From the NCBI GenBank assembly GCA_025929315.1, contig JAICMI010000002.1, forward strand, positions 209 to 64,208: a stretch of DNA of 64,000 nt, written 5' to 3'. The DNA is from Frankiaceae bacterium (GTDB lineage Bacteria; Actinomycetota; Actinomycetes; JAFAQI01). The notes beneath the pieces were generated by a model. That model was not told where the DNA came from. It did not search any database and worked only from the letters and a program-made list of their open reading frames with translations. The position numbers and the translations under genes were made by a program. This document shows positions 38,761-51,378 of this stretch, piece after piece. Positions within the stretch are counted from its first letter, which is position 1, and each line of letters starts with the position of its first letter.

Positions 38761-39789
38761 GTGGTTGTGGTGATGGGACCGGGCGCGACAGCAGAAGAGC
38801 TCGACGCTGTCGTGCAGACCGTGCAGGCCGCAGGTGGCTCGGCGTTCGTCAGTCGCGGGGTGCACCGCACCATCGTTGGCCTGGTCGGTGACGTGGAGCA
38901 GTTCGAGTCGCTCAACCTCAAGGCCTACCCGGGCGTCGCTGACGTCGTCCGCATCTCAGCGCCCTACAAGCTCGTCAGCCGGGAGAACCATCCGGCGATG
39001 TCGACCGTCTATGTCTCCGGCGTGCCGATCGGCCCCGACACGTTCACGCTGATTGCCGGCCCGTGCGCGGTCGAGTCACCCGAGCAGACACTCGCCGCAG
39101 CCCAGATGGCCAAGTCGGCCGGTGCGGCACTGCTGCGCGGGGGCGCCTACAAGCCGCGAACGTCGCCCTACGCCTTCCAAGGCCTCGGCGAAAAGGGCTT
39201 GCAGATCCTCGCGGAGGTCCGCACGGAGGTCGGACTGCCGATCGTGACCGAGGTTGTCGACGCGCATGACGTCGACATCGTCGCGTCCTACGCCGACATG
39301 CTGCAGATCGGCACCCGCAACATGCAGAACTTCGGCCTGTTGCAAGCCGTGGGCAGCGCAGGCAAGCCGGTCATGTTGAAGCGCGGCATGAACGCGACCA
39401 TCGAAGAGTGGCTGATGGCCGCGGAGTATGTCGCGCAGCGGGGCAACCTCGACATCGTGCTGTGCGAACGCGGCATCCGCACATTCGAGACGGCGACCCG
39501 CAACACTCTCGACATCAGCGCAGTGCCGGTCATGCACTCGCTCTCGCACTTGCCGGTCGTCGTCGACCCCTCGCACTCGGGCGGCCGGCGGGACCTCGTC
39601 GTACCTCTGTCTCGTGCTGCTATCGCTGTCGGCGCCGACGCGATCATCGTCGACGTCCACCCCGACCCGGGCGCTGCGCTGTGCGACGGGCCGCAGGCGT
39701 TGGTCGACACCGATCTCGACGAGCTCGCTCATGTGGTCCGGACGCTGCCGCAGGCGGTGGGTCGCTCGTTAGTGCTCGTGGACTCCTAA
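38761..39789 (+). CDS. 3-deoxy-7-phosphoheptulonate synthase, class I-beta (KDO8P/DAHP synthase family with N-terminal ferredoxin-like regulatory domain)
   Basis: MVVVMGPGATAEELDAVVQ...VHRTIVGLVGD regulatory domain, then ...LIAGPCAVES...KPRTSPYAFQGLG... catalytic barrel. Confidence 0.8.
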   Translation: MVVVMGPGATAEELDAVVQTVQAAGGSAFVSRGVHRTIVGLVGDVEQFESLNLKAYPGVADVVRISAPYKLVSRENHPAMSTVYVSGVPIGPDTFTLIAGPCAVESPEQTLAAAQMAKSAGAALLRGGAYKPRTSPYAFQGLGEKGLQILAEVRTEVGLPIVTEVVDAHDVDIVASYADMLQIGTRNMQNFGLLQAVGSAGKPVMLKRGMNATIEEWLMAAEYVAQRGNLDIVLCERGIRTFETATRNTLDISAVPVMHSLSHLPVVVDPSHSGGRRDLVVPLSRAAIAVGADAIIVDVHPDPGAALCDGPQALVDTDLDELAHVVRTLPQAVGRSLVLVDS

Positions 39790-40614
39790 GTAGCCCGTCT
39801 GGTCCTCGGGTATCGGACGGTCGAGCCATCGTCTCGTTGCCGTGCGGGCTCGCTGCATGAGCTCCTCGGTGTGACCGAAGTCGGTCGGAGAGACCGAGAC
39901 GGGACAGAGCGGCGGCACGACCCGCAACGTGCAACGGTGCTGCCACACCGCAACGTCGGCGACGAGCCGACGTTGGATGGCAAGCGAAACCGCATGCAGC
40001 GCCATTGCCAGCGCCGACCCGGGCGGATGCGGTAGAGCGCAGGCATAACCAGTCGGCAGCACATAGATGACATCAGCACCCAGGTCGCCGGCGACCGAGA
40101 TCGCAGTGTTGTTGACCACGCCGCCGTCCATCAGGACGTGACCATCGAGGGCGACAGGGGGAAAAATGGATGGGATGGCCGCGCTGGCCATCACCGCATC
40201 CACGACATCACCGTGGCGCAGGACGACCTCGGCTCCGGTGGTGACCTCAGTGGCGACGATGGCAAGCGGCCAGCGGGCCGTCTCGATCCGGTCGTAGGGA
40301 ACGCTGCGCTCGACGAGTCGGCGCAGGGGCCGGGGATCGACGAACGCGTTGGACCGGCCGGTCACCGCGCGCATCGCCGCCCGTGGCGAGGAGGTCGGGA
40401 ACACGTCACTGCGCCGCGTGTCCCTCCAGATCTCGGCGAGCTGCTCGATCCGCGCGGGCGACGGTCCGGCAGCAAGGAACGCGGCGTTGATCGCGCCGAC
40501 CGACGTGCCGACGAGAAGGTCGGGAACGACCCCGCGGTCGGCGAGCGCCTGAAGCATTCCGACCTGGACGGCGCCCAGGTTGCCGCCGCCGGAGAGGACG
40601 AAGGCGGTCGGCAT
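39769..40614 (-). CDS. Patatin-like phospholipase
   Basis: GGGNLGAVQVG oxyanion motif, GTSVG nucleophile elbow, and DGG catalytic Asp. Confidence 0.8.
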   Translation of the reverse strand: MPTAFVLSGGGNLGAVQVGMLQALADRGVVPDLLVGTSVGAINAAFLAAGPSPARIEQLAEIWRDTRRSDVFPTSSPRAAMRAVTGRSNAFVDPRPLRRLVERSVPYDRIETARWPLAIVATEVTTGAEVVLRHGDVVDAVMASAAIPSIFPPVALDGHVLMDGGVVNNTAISVAGDLGADVIYVLPTGYACALPHPPGSALAMALHAVSLAIQRRLVADVAVWQHRCTLRVVPPLCPVSVSPTDFGHTEELMQRARTATRRWLDRPIPEDQTGYLGVHEH

Positions 40615-40670
40615 AGCGGCTCCTTCTATCACCTAGATTCGTTGACGATAGAAGATCGCAGGCTCGGGGG

Positions 40671-41726
<1,056 letters not shown>

Positions 41727-41737
41727 AAGGTAACCGC

Positions 41738-43093
41738 GTGCCGCGCGAGGTAGTCGCTCTCGTTTCCGCCGACGACGTCGTCGCGGCCGTACGCGTGCAC
41801 GCCGACCGCGTCCACGACCTGCTCCGCCGCAGCGGCTGCGGCCCCGAGGAGTCCATCGAGGTTTGCGAGTCCTACTCGTTCGCGCTCATCGACGCGATCG
41901 TCAACGCCCCGGAGTCGGTCGGCGACATGGCCGGATGGTGGTTCGGCCGAGCGCTCGATCTCGGCCGGCGCCTGGGCGACGCCGCGGCCGAACCGGTCAC
42001 CGACCAGCCCGCGGCGGAGATGCCGACAAGTGTCCTGTCGGGCACGAGCGGCGAGGCGCAGGTGCGAGCAGCGCTCGCGCAGCTCCCCGAACAGGAGCGG
42101 GCCGCCGTCATGCTCCGAGACGGTTACGATCTCCCACCGGAAGCCGTGGCAGTCGCCCTGGGCCGCGACCTGGACTGGGCGGCCACTCTGGTCGCCTCCG
42201 GCCGGCTGCGGCTGGCGTCGTTGTACGACGACCGGTCGATCCCGGACCTCGCCACTCACGGTGGCCGGGCCCCCGCAGATCTCGGAACCCTCGGGCGGCT
42301 GACCGACGGCTCGCTGCCCGCCCAGCGCAGCGGCCCGCTTCGTCGGCATCTGAGCGTGTGCTCGTCCTGCGAGGAGGTGACCGACCGGCTCACGAAGGCT
42401 CGCCGGCTCGTGGCCGGGCTCCCGGTTCTTGCAATGCCGGACGACGCACGGGAGGCCATGATCGAGCGGGTCGCCACCCGCGCGATGAGCGTGCTGCCGA
42501 GCGTCGACGAGGTGCTCCTCGCGATCGAAGAGGAGGACGACACCCGCCCCGCGGTCTCGCCGTTCATCGCCGTGGTCGCGATCGTGCTGGCTCTCGTGCT
42601 CGGTGTCGCGATTGCTGCCGTCACAAGCTCCGAGGCCGCCGGCAACAGCGGATTGACGCAGACGCCCGTCCCAGCGACCGCCGCCCCGGAGACACCGGCC
42701 TTCTCGGTGCCGGCGACACCTACCCAGCAGGTGCGCTCCGCGAAGCCTCGCAAGTCGGCGAGCGCGCCGCCTACAGCCACCGCTGTTGCGCCGACGACCG
42801 CAGCGCCCACGAGCACGACTGCGCCGTCAACCGACGGCACGATCGCCCTCTCGCCGCCGTCCGGCCCCAGAGGGTCTCGGGTCACGGTGACAGGCCGCGG
42901 ATGGGCTCCGGGCGTACCGGTGACGGTGCGCTACACGGGCACGCTGGCGACATCGACCGACAGCGTCACCGCCAACAAGCACGGCACGTTCACTGCTCAT
43001 GTCACCGCCAGCGGAGCACTCCCGGGGACCTACAACGTCAGCGCCGACAACGGGTCCCAGTCCGCATCACAGAAGTTCAATCAGACGACCTAG
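41738..43093 (+). CDS. Membrane-anchored sigma-region-4 / zf-HC2 anti-sigma-like protein with Ser/Thr/Pro-rich linker and C-terminal beta domain
   Basis: [30 protein letters not shown] resembles sigma-70 region 4. [10 protein letters not shown] is a zf-HC2 anti-sigma motif. Then a TM helix ([20 protein letters not shown]) and a PT-rich linker. No cognate sigma gene is adjacent. Confidence 0.55.
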   Translation: MPREVVALVSADDVVAAVRVHADRVHDLLRRSGCGPEESIEVCESYSFALIDAIVNAPESVGDMAGWWFGRALDLGRRLGDAAAEPVTDQPAAEMPTSVLSGTSGEAQVRAALAQLPEQERAAVMLRDGYDLPPEAVAVALGRDLDWAATLVASGRLRLASLYDDRSIPDLATHGGRAPADLGTLGRLTDGSLPAQRSGPLRRHLSVCSSCEEVTDRLTKARRLVAGLPVLAMPDDAREAMIERVATRAMSVLPSVDEVLLAIEEEDDTRPAVSPFIAVVAIVLALVLGVAIAAVTSSEAAGNSGLTQTPVPATAAPETPAFSVPATPTQQVRSAKPRKSASAPPTATAVAPTTAAPTSTTAPSTDGTIALSPPSGPRGSRVTVTGRGWAPGVPVTVRYTGTLATSTDSVTANKHGTFTAHVTASGALPGTYNVSADNGSQSASQKFNQTT

Positions 43094-43097
43094 CGCC

Positions 43098-44523
<1,426 letters not shown>

Positions 44524-44532
44524 GTCGCCTCT

Positions 44533-45462
44533 CTAGGCGGTACGACGGCGAGTCGCTTCGCGGAACGCGGTCCGCAGCCGCGATGCCACCCACTCCGGCC
44601 GGCGCCAGATGTCGTCCCATGTCCAACGAACGATGACGTAGCCCAGCGCTTCGAGCTCTTCTTGGCGCAACTTCTCCGCGCGCAGCGGATTGGGCTCGTC
44701 AGCGTTCACGTCGTACTTCATCAGACCATCGGCCTCGCCAACCACGCCGTACTCCGGCCAGTAGAAGTCGACGATTATTCGTGGGTTGCCCCACTCGTCC
44801 CATGCCAATGTCACCTGAAGCTCGGGCGGCGGAAGGCCCATGTCTTGGAACGCGACGCGACTGATGCTCTCGAGAGGCGTCGCAGCTCGACCGTCCGCGA
44901 ACGCGATGACGTCACGTGCCTTGCAGAGGCCAGGCCATCGTGTGCAGTCTTTGATGACCTGCTCGAGCTCGTGGCGAGTCACCCCAGACCGAAGCGCCGA
45001 GTCAGCGACAACAACCCCGCCGCGATAGCTCACCCAACGGGCGAGGTCGACGACAGTGCGTGCGCCCGTCGTGCACGGCACGTTCAAGACCGTCGTCACG
45101 TGAGGCGCAGGAATGCCGCAGGTGAGTATCGCGACTTCCTTGTCTCGCCAAGGTGGACCCTTTGGGCGATACAGCCGAACACGCCCGGGGGCTCGACCAA
45201 GCCGGTCGAATCCGTGGAGCAAACCAGCCGACCCGAGGCAGGCATATGCCGGCGCTCCTCTCGTGGCCAGAATGGCAGCCCGCGCCAGCAGGGCGTGCCG
45301 CTCTCGCTCCTCGCAAGCTGCATCTACAACTGCCCGGCCGACCAAGACTCCCCTGCGCAACGCAATCAGCTCACCCTTGCGAAGCGCGCTGCGTATGCGG
45401 GCGTTCGAGCCCTTGAGGGCGCGGCGCCGCGTCGGTGCAAGGTTTGCAAGAAAGTCGTCCAC
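44533..45462 (-). CDS. DUF559 endonuclease-like domain protein with AbiEi-like N-terminal domain
   Basis: C-terminal ...VDFYWPEYGVVGEADGLMKY...EKLRQEELEALGYVIVRWTWDDIWRRPEWV matches the DUF559 family. Start uncertain (GTG 45462 or TTG 45528). Flanked by inverted repeats. Confidence 0.5.
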   Translation of the reverse strand: MDDFLANLAPTRRRALKGSNARIRSALRKGELIALRRGVLVGRAVVDAACEERERHALLARAAILATRGAPAYACLGSAGLLHGFDRLGRAPGRVRLYRPKGPPWRDKEVAILTCGIPAPHVTTVLNVPCTTGARTVVDLARWVSYRGGVVVADSALRSGVTRHELEQVIKDCTRWPGLCKARDVIAFADGRAATPLESISRVAFQDMGLPPPELQVTLAWDEWGNPRIIVDFYWPEYGVVGEADGLMKYDVNADEPNPLRAEKLRQEELEALGYVIVRWTWDDIWRRPEWVASRLRTAFREATRRRTA

Positions 45463-45540
45463 ATGACCACGGTTGAGCGACGGCAACCGCCAACAGCACC
45501 GCCGCAACGAATCTGTGCACAACCACAACGACTTCAGATA

Positions 45541-45621
45541 CTGGGGAACCAGAATTCGGGCAGAACTGGCCCGGAAAGTGGGCCCCTGCTATCCGAAGTG
45601 CTGGGGTTGGGTTAGCCGAAG
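45541..45621. repeat. Right repeat element (inverted copy): ...ACCAGAATTCGG...CCGGAAAGTGGGCCCCTGCTATCCGAAGT...
   Basis: CCGGAAAGTGGG (45571-45582) and GCTATCCGAAGT (45588-45599) are reverse complements of CCCACTTTCCGG (44486-44497) and ACTTCGGATAGC (44457-44468). Abuts the pfkA stop codon. Confidence 0.55.
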
Positions 45622-46637
45622 AAGACCTCTACCTCTTCGTAGCGCTCCAGGGGGACCAGCTTCAGCTCCGCCGTCGCCTCCGACAGCGGGACGCGGACGA
45701 TGTCCGTGCCGCGCAGCGCCACCATGACGCCTGAGTCACCGTCGTGCAGAGCGTCGATGGCGTGCAGCCCGAAGCGCGTCGCCAACACGCGGTCGAACGC
45801 AGTCGGCGTCCCGCCTCGCTGCACGTGCCCGAGCACCGTCTGCCGCGACTCGAACCCGGTGCGCGCCTGTATCTCCTGCTCGAGCACTTGACCGATGCCG
45901 CCGAGACGGACGTGTCCGAAGGCGTCGAGGTCACCCTGCTGGAGGGCCATGGTGCCCTCTTTCGGCGTCGCGCCCTCGGCGACGACGACGATCGGTGCAT
46001 AGTGCCGGGCGAACCGCTTCTCGATGTAGGTGCAGACCTCGGCGATGTCGAACGGCCGTTCCGGGATGAGGATGACGTTGGCGCCACCGGCGAGGCCGCT
46101 GTGCAACGCGATCCAGCCGGCATGCCGCCCCATCACCTCGACGATCAGCACCCGATGATGCGACTCCGCGGTCGTGTGCAGCCGGTCGATGGCGTCGACC
46201 GCGATCTGCACTGCCGTGTCGAAGCCGAACGTGTAGTCCGTCGCGTTGAGGTCGTTGTCGATCGTCTTCGGTACGCCGACGACGTTGAGCCCGTGTCCGG
46301 CCAGCGCAGTGGCGACACCCAGGGTGTCCTCGCCACCGATGGCGATCAGGCCGTCGACGCCGAGGGTCTTCAAGTTCTTCTCGATCCGCTCGACGCCACC
46401 CTCGACCTTGATCGGGTTGGTGCGCGACGAGCCGAGAATCGTCCCGCCCCGCGGCAGGATGCCGCGAGTTGTCGCGACATCCAGCGTCAACGTGTCGTTC
46501 TCGAGCGGCCCCTTCCAGCCGTCGTGGAACCCCACGAAGTCATGCCCGTAGACCTCGCTGCCCTTACGGACGATCGCCCGGATGACTGCGTTCAAACCCG
46601 GACAGTCACCGCCGCCGGTCAACACTCCGATGCGCAT
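45612..46637 (-). CDS. pfkA: 6-phosphofructokinase PfkA
   Basis: MRIGVLTGGGDCPGLNAVIRA... and GGDGS/MGR motifs. Start at ATG 46635-46637 as in Mtb PfkA. Confidence 0.9.
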   Translation of the reverse strand: MRIGVLTGGGDCPGLNAVIRAIVRKGSEVYGHDFVGFHDGWKGPLENDTLTLDVATTRGILPRGGTILGSSRTNPIKVEGGVERIEKNLKTLGVDGLIAIGGEDTLGVATALAGHGLNVVGVPKTIDNDLNATDYTFGFDTAVQIAVDAIDRLHTTAESHHRVLIVEVMGRHAGWIALHSGLAGGANVILIPERPFDIAEVCTYIEKRFARHYAPIVVVAEGATPKEGTMALQQGDLDAFGHVRLGGIGQVLEQEIQARTGFESRQTVLGHVQRGGTPTAFDRVLATRFGLHAIDALHDGDSGVMVALRGTDIVRVPLSEATAELKLVPLERYEEVEVFFG

Positions 46638-46705
46638 GGTCGCGAGCCTATTCACCGCCCGCCACTAGTCTCCCCCGACATGACGCACTACCGGTTGACA
46701 CCGGC

Positions 46706-47548
46706 ATGACGTTCTCCATCGTCGCGAGCGACGGGAGCTCCTGGGGCGTCGCCGTCGCCAGCAAGTTCCTCGCCGTCGGCTGTGCCGTTCCGGCCGCAGC
46801 CGCGGACGCCGGCGCTATCGCGACCCAGTCCTACGCCAACCTCGCCTACCGCCCCGACGGCCTCAAGCACCTGCGTGACGGGAAAACCGCACAAGAGACG
46901 CTCGATGCCCTCACTGCGGCCGACGCAGGTCGTGAGCAGCGCCAGGCCGGCATCGTCGACACGCAGGGCAACGCGGCGACCTTCACCGGTAGCGGCTGCC
47001 ATGACTGGGCGGGCGGGCGCACCGGCGCGTGCTACGCCATCCAAGGCAACATCCTCACCGGCCCCGAAGTCGTCGATGCGATGGAGCGGGCCTGGCTCGC
47101 CGCCGACCCCGCGCAGACGCTCGCCCGCCGTCTCTACGCCGCCCTGGCCGCCGGTGACGACGCCGGCGGTGACAGACGTGGGCGACAGAGCGCCGCGATT
47201 CTCGTCGCCGCGACTGCCGGCGGTTACGCCGACAGCACCGACATCGTCGTCGATCTCCGCATTGACGACTCCCCCAGCCCGGTGCCGGAGCTCGGCCGGC
47301 TGCTCGACCTGCACGACCTCTACTTCGGCAAGGCCGACCCCGAGGCAGCTCTCCCGCTCCAGGGCGATCTGGCAGTCGAGGTACGACGCCGCCTCGCCGC
47401 GCTCGGCCACGCTGCGGCTGGCGATGAGGGCGACGACCTCGATACCGCCCTCAACGACTGGGCCGGCGTCGAGAACTTCGAGGAGCGCATGCTCGCGGGC
47501 AAGATCGACCCGACCGTCCTCGAGCAGCTCCGACAGAAGTCGACATGA
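46706..47548 (+). CDS. DUF1028 family (Ntn-hydrolase-like) protein
   Basis: MTFSIVASDGSSWGVAVASKFLAVGCAVP... autoproteolytic-type N-terminus. Confidence 0.7.
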   Translation: MTFSIVASDGSSWGVAVASKFLAVGCAVPAAAADAGAIATQSYANLAYRPDGLKHLRDGKTAQETLDALTAADAGREQRQAGIVDTQGNAATFTGSGCHDWAGGRTGACYAIQGNILTGPEVVDAMERAWLAADPAQTLARRLYAALAAGDDAGGDRRGRQSAAILVAATAGGYADSTDIVVDLRIDDSPSPVPELGRLLDLHDLYFGKADPEAALPLQGDLAVEVRRRLAALGHAAAGDEGDDLDTALNDWAGVENFEERMLAGKIDPTVLEQLRQKST

Positions 47549-47556
47549 TCTAGCGC

Positions 47557-49032
47557 ATGACCGTTCTGGCCATCGACGCCGGTACGACGGGGGTCACCGC
47601 GCTGCTCGTCACTGCGGACGGCCGCATTGCGTCCCGCGGCTACGAAGAGTTCGCCCAGCACTTCCCGCAGCCCGGGTGGGTCGAGCACGAGCCCGAACAG
47701 ATCTGGCAGGCGACGCTCGCCGCGTGCAGGCAAGCGCTCGCGGGCGACGGCGTCGAGCCCCCGACAGCGATCGGCATCACCAACCAGCGCGAGACGGCAG
47801 TCCTCTGGGACAAGCGGACGCTGGCCGCCCCGCGCCGCGCAATCGTCTGGCAGGACCGCCGTACGGCGTCCATCTGTGACGAGCTCCGCGACGCCGGCCA
47901 CGAGCCGCGAGTGGCCGAGCTGACCGGGCTGCGTCTCGATCCCTACTTCACCGGCACCAAGCTGACCTGGCTCGCACGCAACGACACCGAACCGTGGCAA
48001 CGCGTGCAGTCCGGCGACGTCGTCGTCGGCACCGTCGACTCCTACCTGGTCGCGCGCCTCACCGCCGGCCGAGTGCACGCGACCGACCCTTCCAACGCCA
48101 GTCGCACGCTCCTGTTCGACATCGACTCCGGCGCATGGAGCGACGAGCTCGGCGACATCCTGCGAGTGCCGACGACGGCACTGCCCGAGGTGCGGCCCAG
48201 CTCCGGAGACTTCGGCCGCAGCGATCCCGACGCCTTCCTCGGGCTCGACCTGCCGATCGCCGGTGTCGCCGGCGACCAGCAGGCAGCGTTGTTCGGCCAG
48301 GTCTGTTTCGAGACCGGCACCAGCAAATGCACCTACGGCACCGGCTCCTTCGTGCTCGTGAACACCGGCGAGGAGCTCGTGCGCTCCGACGCGGGCCTGC
48401 TCACGACCGTTGCGTGGGACATCGGTGATGGCCTCGTCTATGCGCTCGAAGGCGCGATCTTCGTGACCGGCGCCGCGATCCAGTGGCTGCGCGACGGCCT
48501 GCACATCATCGACACTGCGGCCGAGACCGATGCCCTCGCTCGCACCGTCGACGACACCGGCGGCGTGGTCTTCGTGCCCGCTCTCACCGGTCTCGGCGCA
48601 CCGCACTGGGATCCGGACGCCCGTGGGGCCATCCTCGGCCTCTCCCGCGGCACCACCCGGGCACACCTGGTTCGCGCTGCACTGGAAGCGATCGCATTCG
48701 AAGTGCGCGACGTCGTCGACGTCATGACTCGCGACGCCGGCGTCGACCTGCCCGAGCTGTCCGTCGACGGCGGCGCGTCCGCCAACGACCTGCTCTGTCA
48801 GCTGCAGGCCGATCAGCTACAGGTGCCGGTACGGCGCCCCGTCGTCGCCGAGACGACCGCGTTGGGTGCAGCGTTCCTGGCCGGCCTGGCAACGGGAGTG
48901 TGGTCCTCCGCCGAGGAGCTCAAGGCAACCTGGCAGCTCGACCAGCGCTTCGAACCCGCCACACGCGACGACGCGTCGTACCGCCGTTGGGAAGAGGCCG
49001 TGCGGCGGTCGATGAAGTGGGCGAGCAGCTAG
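47557..49032 (+). CDS. glpK: Glycerol kinase GlpK
   Basis: LAIDAGTTG...ITNQRETAVLWD...FGQVCFETGTSKCTYGTGSF... FGGY kinase signatures. Confidence 0.9.
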   Translation: MTVLAIDAGTTGVTALLVTADGRIASRGYEEFAQHFPQPGWVEHEPEQIWQATLAACRQALAGDGVEPPTAIGITNQRETAVLWDKRTLAAPRRAIVWQDRRTASICDELRDAGHEPRVAELTGLRLDPYFTGTKLTWLARNDTEPWQRVQSGDVVVGTVDSYLVARLTAGRVHATDPSNASRTLLFDIDSGAWSDELGDILRVPTTALPEVRPSSGDFGRSDPDAFLGLDLPIAGVAGDQQAALFGQVCFETGTSKCTYGTGSFVLVNTGEELVRSDAGLLTTVAWDIGDGLVYALEGAIFVTGAAIQWLRDGLHIIDTAAETDALARTVDDTGGVVFVPALTGLGAPHWDPDARGAILGLSRGTTRAHLVRAALEAIAFEVRDVVDVMTRDAGVDLPELSVDGGASANDLLCQLQADQLQVPVRRPVVAETTALGAAFLAGLATGVWSSAEELKATWQLDQRFEPATRDDASYRRWEEAVRRSMKWASS

Positions 49033-49775
49033 GACGCTTTGCGGTTGCCGATCAAGGCCCGGTCGTCGGCGACCAGGGCCTCTCGCGCGGCCTCGCGCGC
49101 GTCGGCAATGTCTTCCTTGGCCTTCGTCGCGTAGGTGTCGACGTACTCCTGGCCGGAGAGCTGCATGAGCTCATACATGATCTCGTCGGTGATCGACCGG
49201 AGCACGAACCGGTCGCCCTCCATGCCCTCGTAGCGGGAGAAGTCGAGCGGCTCGCCGATCCGGATGCCGACCTGCATGATCCGCGGGACGACCTGGCCGG
49301 GGGGCTGGATGTCGAACGTGTTGATCATGGCGACGGGGATGACGGGCACGCCCGCCTCGAGCGCCATCCGCGCGATGCCCGTCTTGCCGCGGTAGAGCCG
49401 GCCATCCGGCGAGCGGGTGCCCTCCGGGTAGATGCCCAGCAGGTCACCCCGGCCGAGGATCTCCATCGCCTTGCGCAGCGCAGCCTCGGATGCCCGGCCG
49501 CCGGAGCGGTCGATCGGCACCTGGCCGATGCTCTTGAAGAAGCCCTTGGTCAGCCAGCCCTTGAGCCCGCGACCGGTGAAGTAGTCGGCCTTGGCCAGGA
49601 ACGTGACCCGGCGCGGCACCTTCAGCGGCAGGAAGAACGAGTCGGAGAAGGACAGGTGGTTGCTGGCCAGGATCGCCGGACCGGTGACCGGCAGGTTCTC
49701 CGCGCCTTCGACCCAGGGGCGGAACAAGAGCTTGAGGATCGGGCCGAGCACGACGTACTTGAGGAACTGATACAT
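49029..49775 (-). CDS. plsC: 1-acyl-sn-glycerol-3-phosphate acyltransferase (PlsC, Rv2182c-like)
   Basis: NHLSFSD (HX4D) and YPEGTRS motifs. Start at M25 (MYQFLKYVVLGP) by analogy with Mtb Rv2182c. Confidence 0.8.
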   Translation of the reverse strand: MYQFLKYVVLGPILKLLFRPWVEGAENLPVTGPAILASNHLSFSDSFFLPLKVPRRVTFLAKADYFTGRGLKGWLTKGFFKSIGQVPIDRSGGRASEAALRKAMEILGRGDLLGIYPEGTRSPDGRLYRGKTGIARMALEAGVPVIPVAMINTFDIQPPGQVVPRIMQVGIRIGEPLDFSRYEGMEGDRFVLRSITDEIMYELMQLSGQEYVDTYATKAKEDIADAREAAREALVADDRALIGNRKAS

Positions 49776-49935
49776 CACACGCGTCACCGCCCTCCCGCTC
49801 GATGCCTGTCCCAGCGCCACCCTAAAGAAGCCATGGGCGGACAGCAATGGCCAATGACGGCCACCCTGATGTCACCTTTGGTCGGATTCTAGCGAGCCGC
49901 CGGGTGAGGTCCCCGGACCGTGCGACGATCGATGC

Positions 49936-50676
49936 GTGTCGCTGCGACCCGAAGCCGAACCCTACGACGCCTCCGGAGGGCCGATCGGTGCCGTCCTGTG
50001 CCACGGCCTCACCGGCATGCCCGGCAGCCTGCACGCCTGGGGGGAGCAGCTAGCCGCCGCCGGGCTCACCGTCCGCGTCCCGCGCCTGCCCGGGCACGGG
50101 ACCCGCTGGCAGGACGCCAACAAGACCACCTGGCAGGACTGGTACGCCGAGCTCGAGCGCGCTTTCGACGACGTACGCAGCCGCTGTGACAAGGCATTCG
50201 TGATGGGCCTGTCGATGGGCGGGACGCTGGTCCTGCGGCTCGCCGAGCAGCGCGGCGACGATGTCGCCGGCGTGGTGGTGGTCAACCCCTCGCTGTTCAC
50301 GACCCGGAAGGACGCCAAGGTCCTGCCGGTGTTGCGCTTCGTGGTCCCCTCGATGCCGCCCGTCGGCAACGACATCAAGAAGCCGGGCGTCGTCGAACCC
50401 GCCTATGACCGGCTGCCGGTGAAGGCGGCCTACCAGCTGTCGCAGCTGTGGAAGGTCACCACGGCTGACCTGTCCCGCCTCACGCAGCCACTGCTGGTGC
50501 TGACGAGCCGAGACGACCACGTCGTCGAGCCGGTCAACAGTGACCGGCTGATGAAGGAGGCCGGCGCCGGCGACAAGCGCCAGGTGATCCTCGAGGACAG
50601 CTTCCACGTCGCGACCATGGACAACGACTTGCCCCGCATCGTGTCCGAGAGCTTGGCCTTCGTCGAGGCACACTGA
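49936..50676 (+). CDS. Alpha/beta hydrolase (carboxylesterase / lysophospholipase-like)
   Basis: GLSMGG nucleophile elbow, and Asp/His in the C-terminal part (SRDDHVV...SFHVAT). Confidence 0.75.
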   Translation: MSLRPEAEPYDASGGPIGAVLCHGLTGMPGSLHAWGEQLAAAGLTVRVPRLPGHGTRWQDANKTTWQDWYAELERAFDDVRSRCDKAFVMGLSMGGTLVLRLAEQRGDDVAGVVVVNPSLFTTRKDAKVLPVLRFVVPSMPPVGNDIKKPGVVEPAYDRLPVKAAYQLSQLWKVTTADLSRLTQPLLVLTSRDDHVVEPVNSDRLMKEAGAGDKRQVILEDSFHVATMDNDLPRIVSESLAFVEAH

Positions 50677-50681
50677 ACCTG

Positions 50682-51329
50682 ATGGACATCGAGGGGCCCC
50701 GCCGGGGCAGCAGGGACAACGGTCTGCGCTGCGCCAACTACACGCCGATCGCGGATCTCGACCCGCGGATCGTCGACTCGCTGCTGGCCAGCCTGCGCGA
50801 CGAAGGCATCGCCGCCTATGCCGCCCCCACGCCGGCGGCGACCGGCGGGGCGATGGAGCTGCGACTGCCGGACCGGCCGATCGACCGGCTGTGGGTGGAC
50901 GACACGCAGGTCGCCCGCGCCAAGGACCTCGTCGACCAAGAGTCCGGCGACAAGCCCGCGAGTGAGGACGTCGACTTCGAGTCGGCGTGGCAGCAGGTGC
51001 TCGCGTCGCTGCAGGCGACGCCGGGCGAGGCCACGCCGAGCTGGCCCGAGGACGACCAGTCGCCGCAGCTGGGCGAGTCTTACGACCCGGCTGACGAGGA
51101 CCACTACGACCCGCCACCGCCACCTCCGTTCCCCCGGTTCCGCAGAGTCACGCTGGCCGCGCTGGCGGTCATGGCCTTCGGACTGATCATCCTGGCCACC
51201 AATGTGGACGGCGGCAGCCTGCGCTTCGTCGGAGTGCTGGCCTTCCTCGGTGGCGTGGCAAGCCTGGTCTGGAACATGCGTCAGGGCCCGCCTACCGACT
51301 CCGGGTGGGATGACGGCTCGGCTGTCTAG
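50682..51329 (+). CDS. Conserved hypothetical protein with acidic middle, Pro-rich stretch and C-terminal TM hairpin
   Basis: DPPPPPPFPRF then two TM helices. No family call possible from sequence alone. Confidence 0.5.
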   Translation: MDIEGPRRGSRDNGLRCANYTPIADLDPRIVDSLLASLRDEGIAAYAAPTPAATGGAMELRLPDRPIDRLWVDDTQVARAKDLVDQESGDKPASEDVDFESAWQQVLASLQATPGEATPSWPEDDQSPQLGESYDPADEDHYDPPPPPPFPRFRRVTLAALAVMAFGLIILATNVDGGSLRFVGVLAFLGGVASLVWNMRQGPPTDSGWDDGSAV

Positions 51330-51378
51330 CCCGCCGGTAGGCCGAAGCCGGGCATATCGCTTGCCCTAATGTGTCGCC

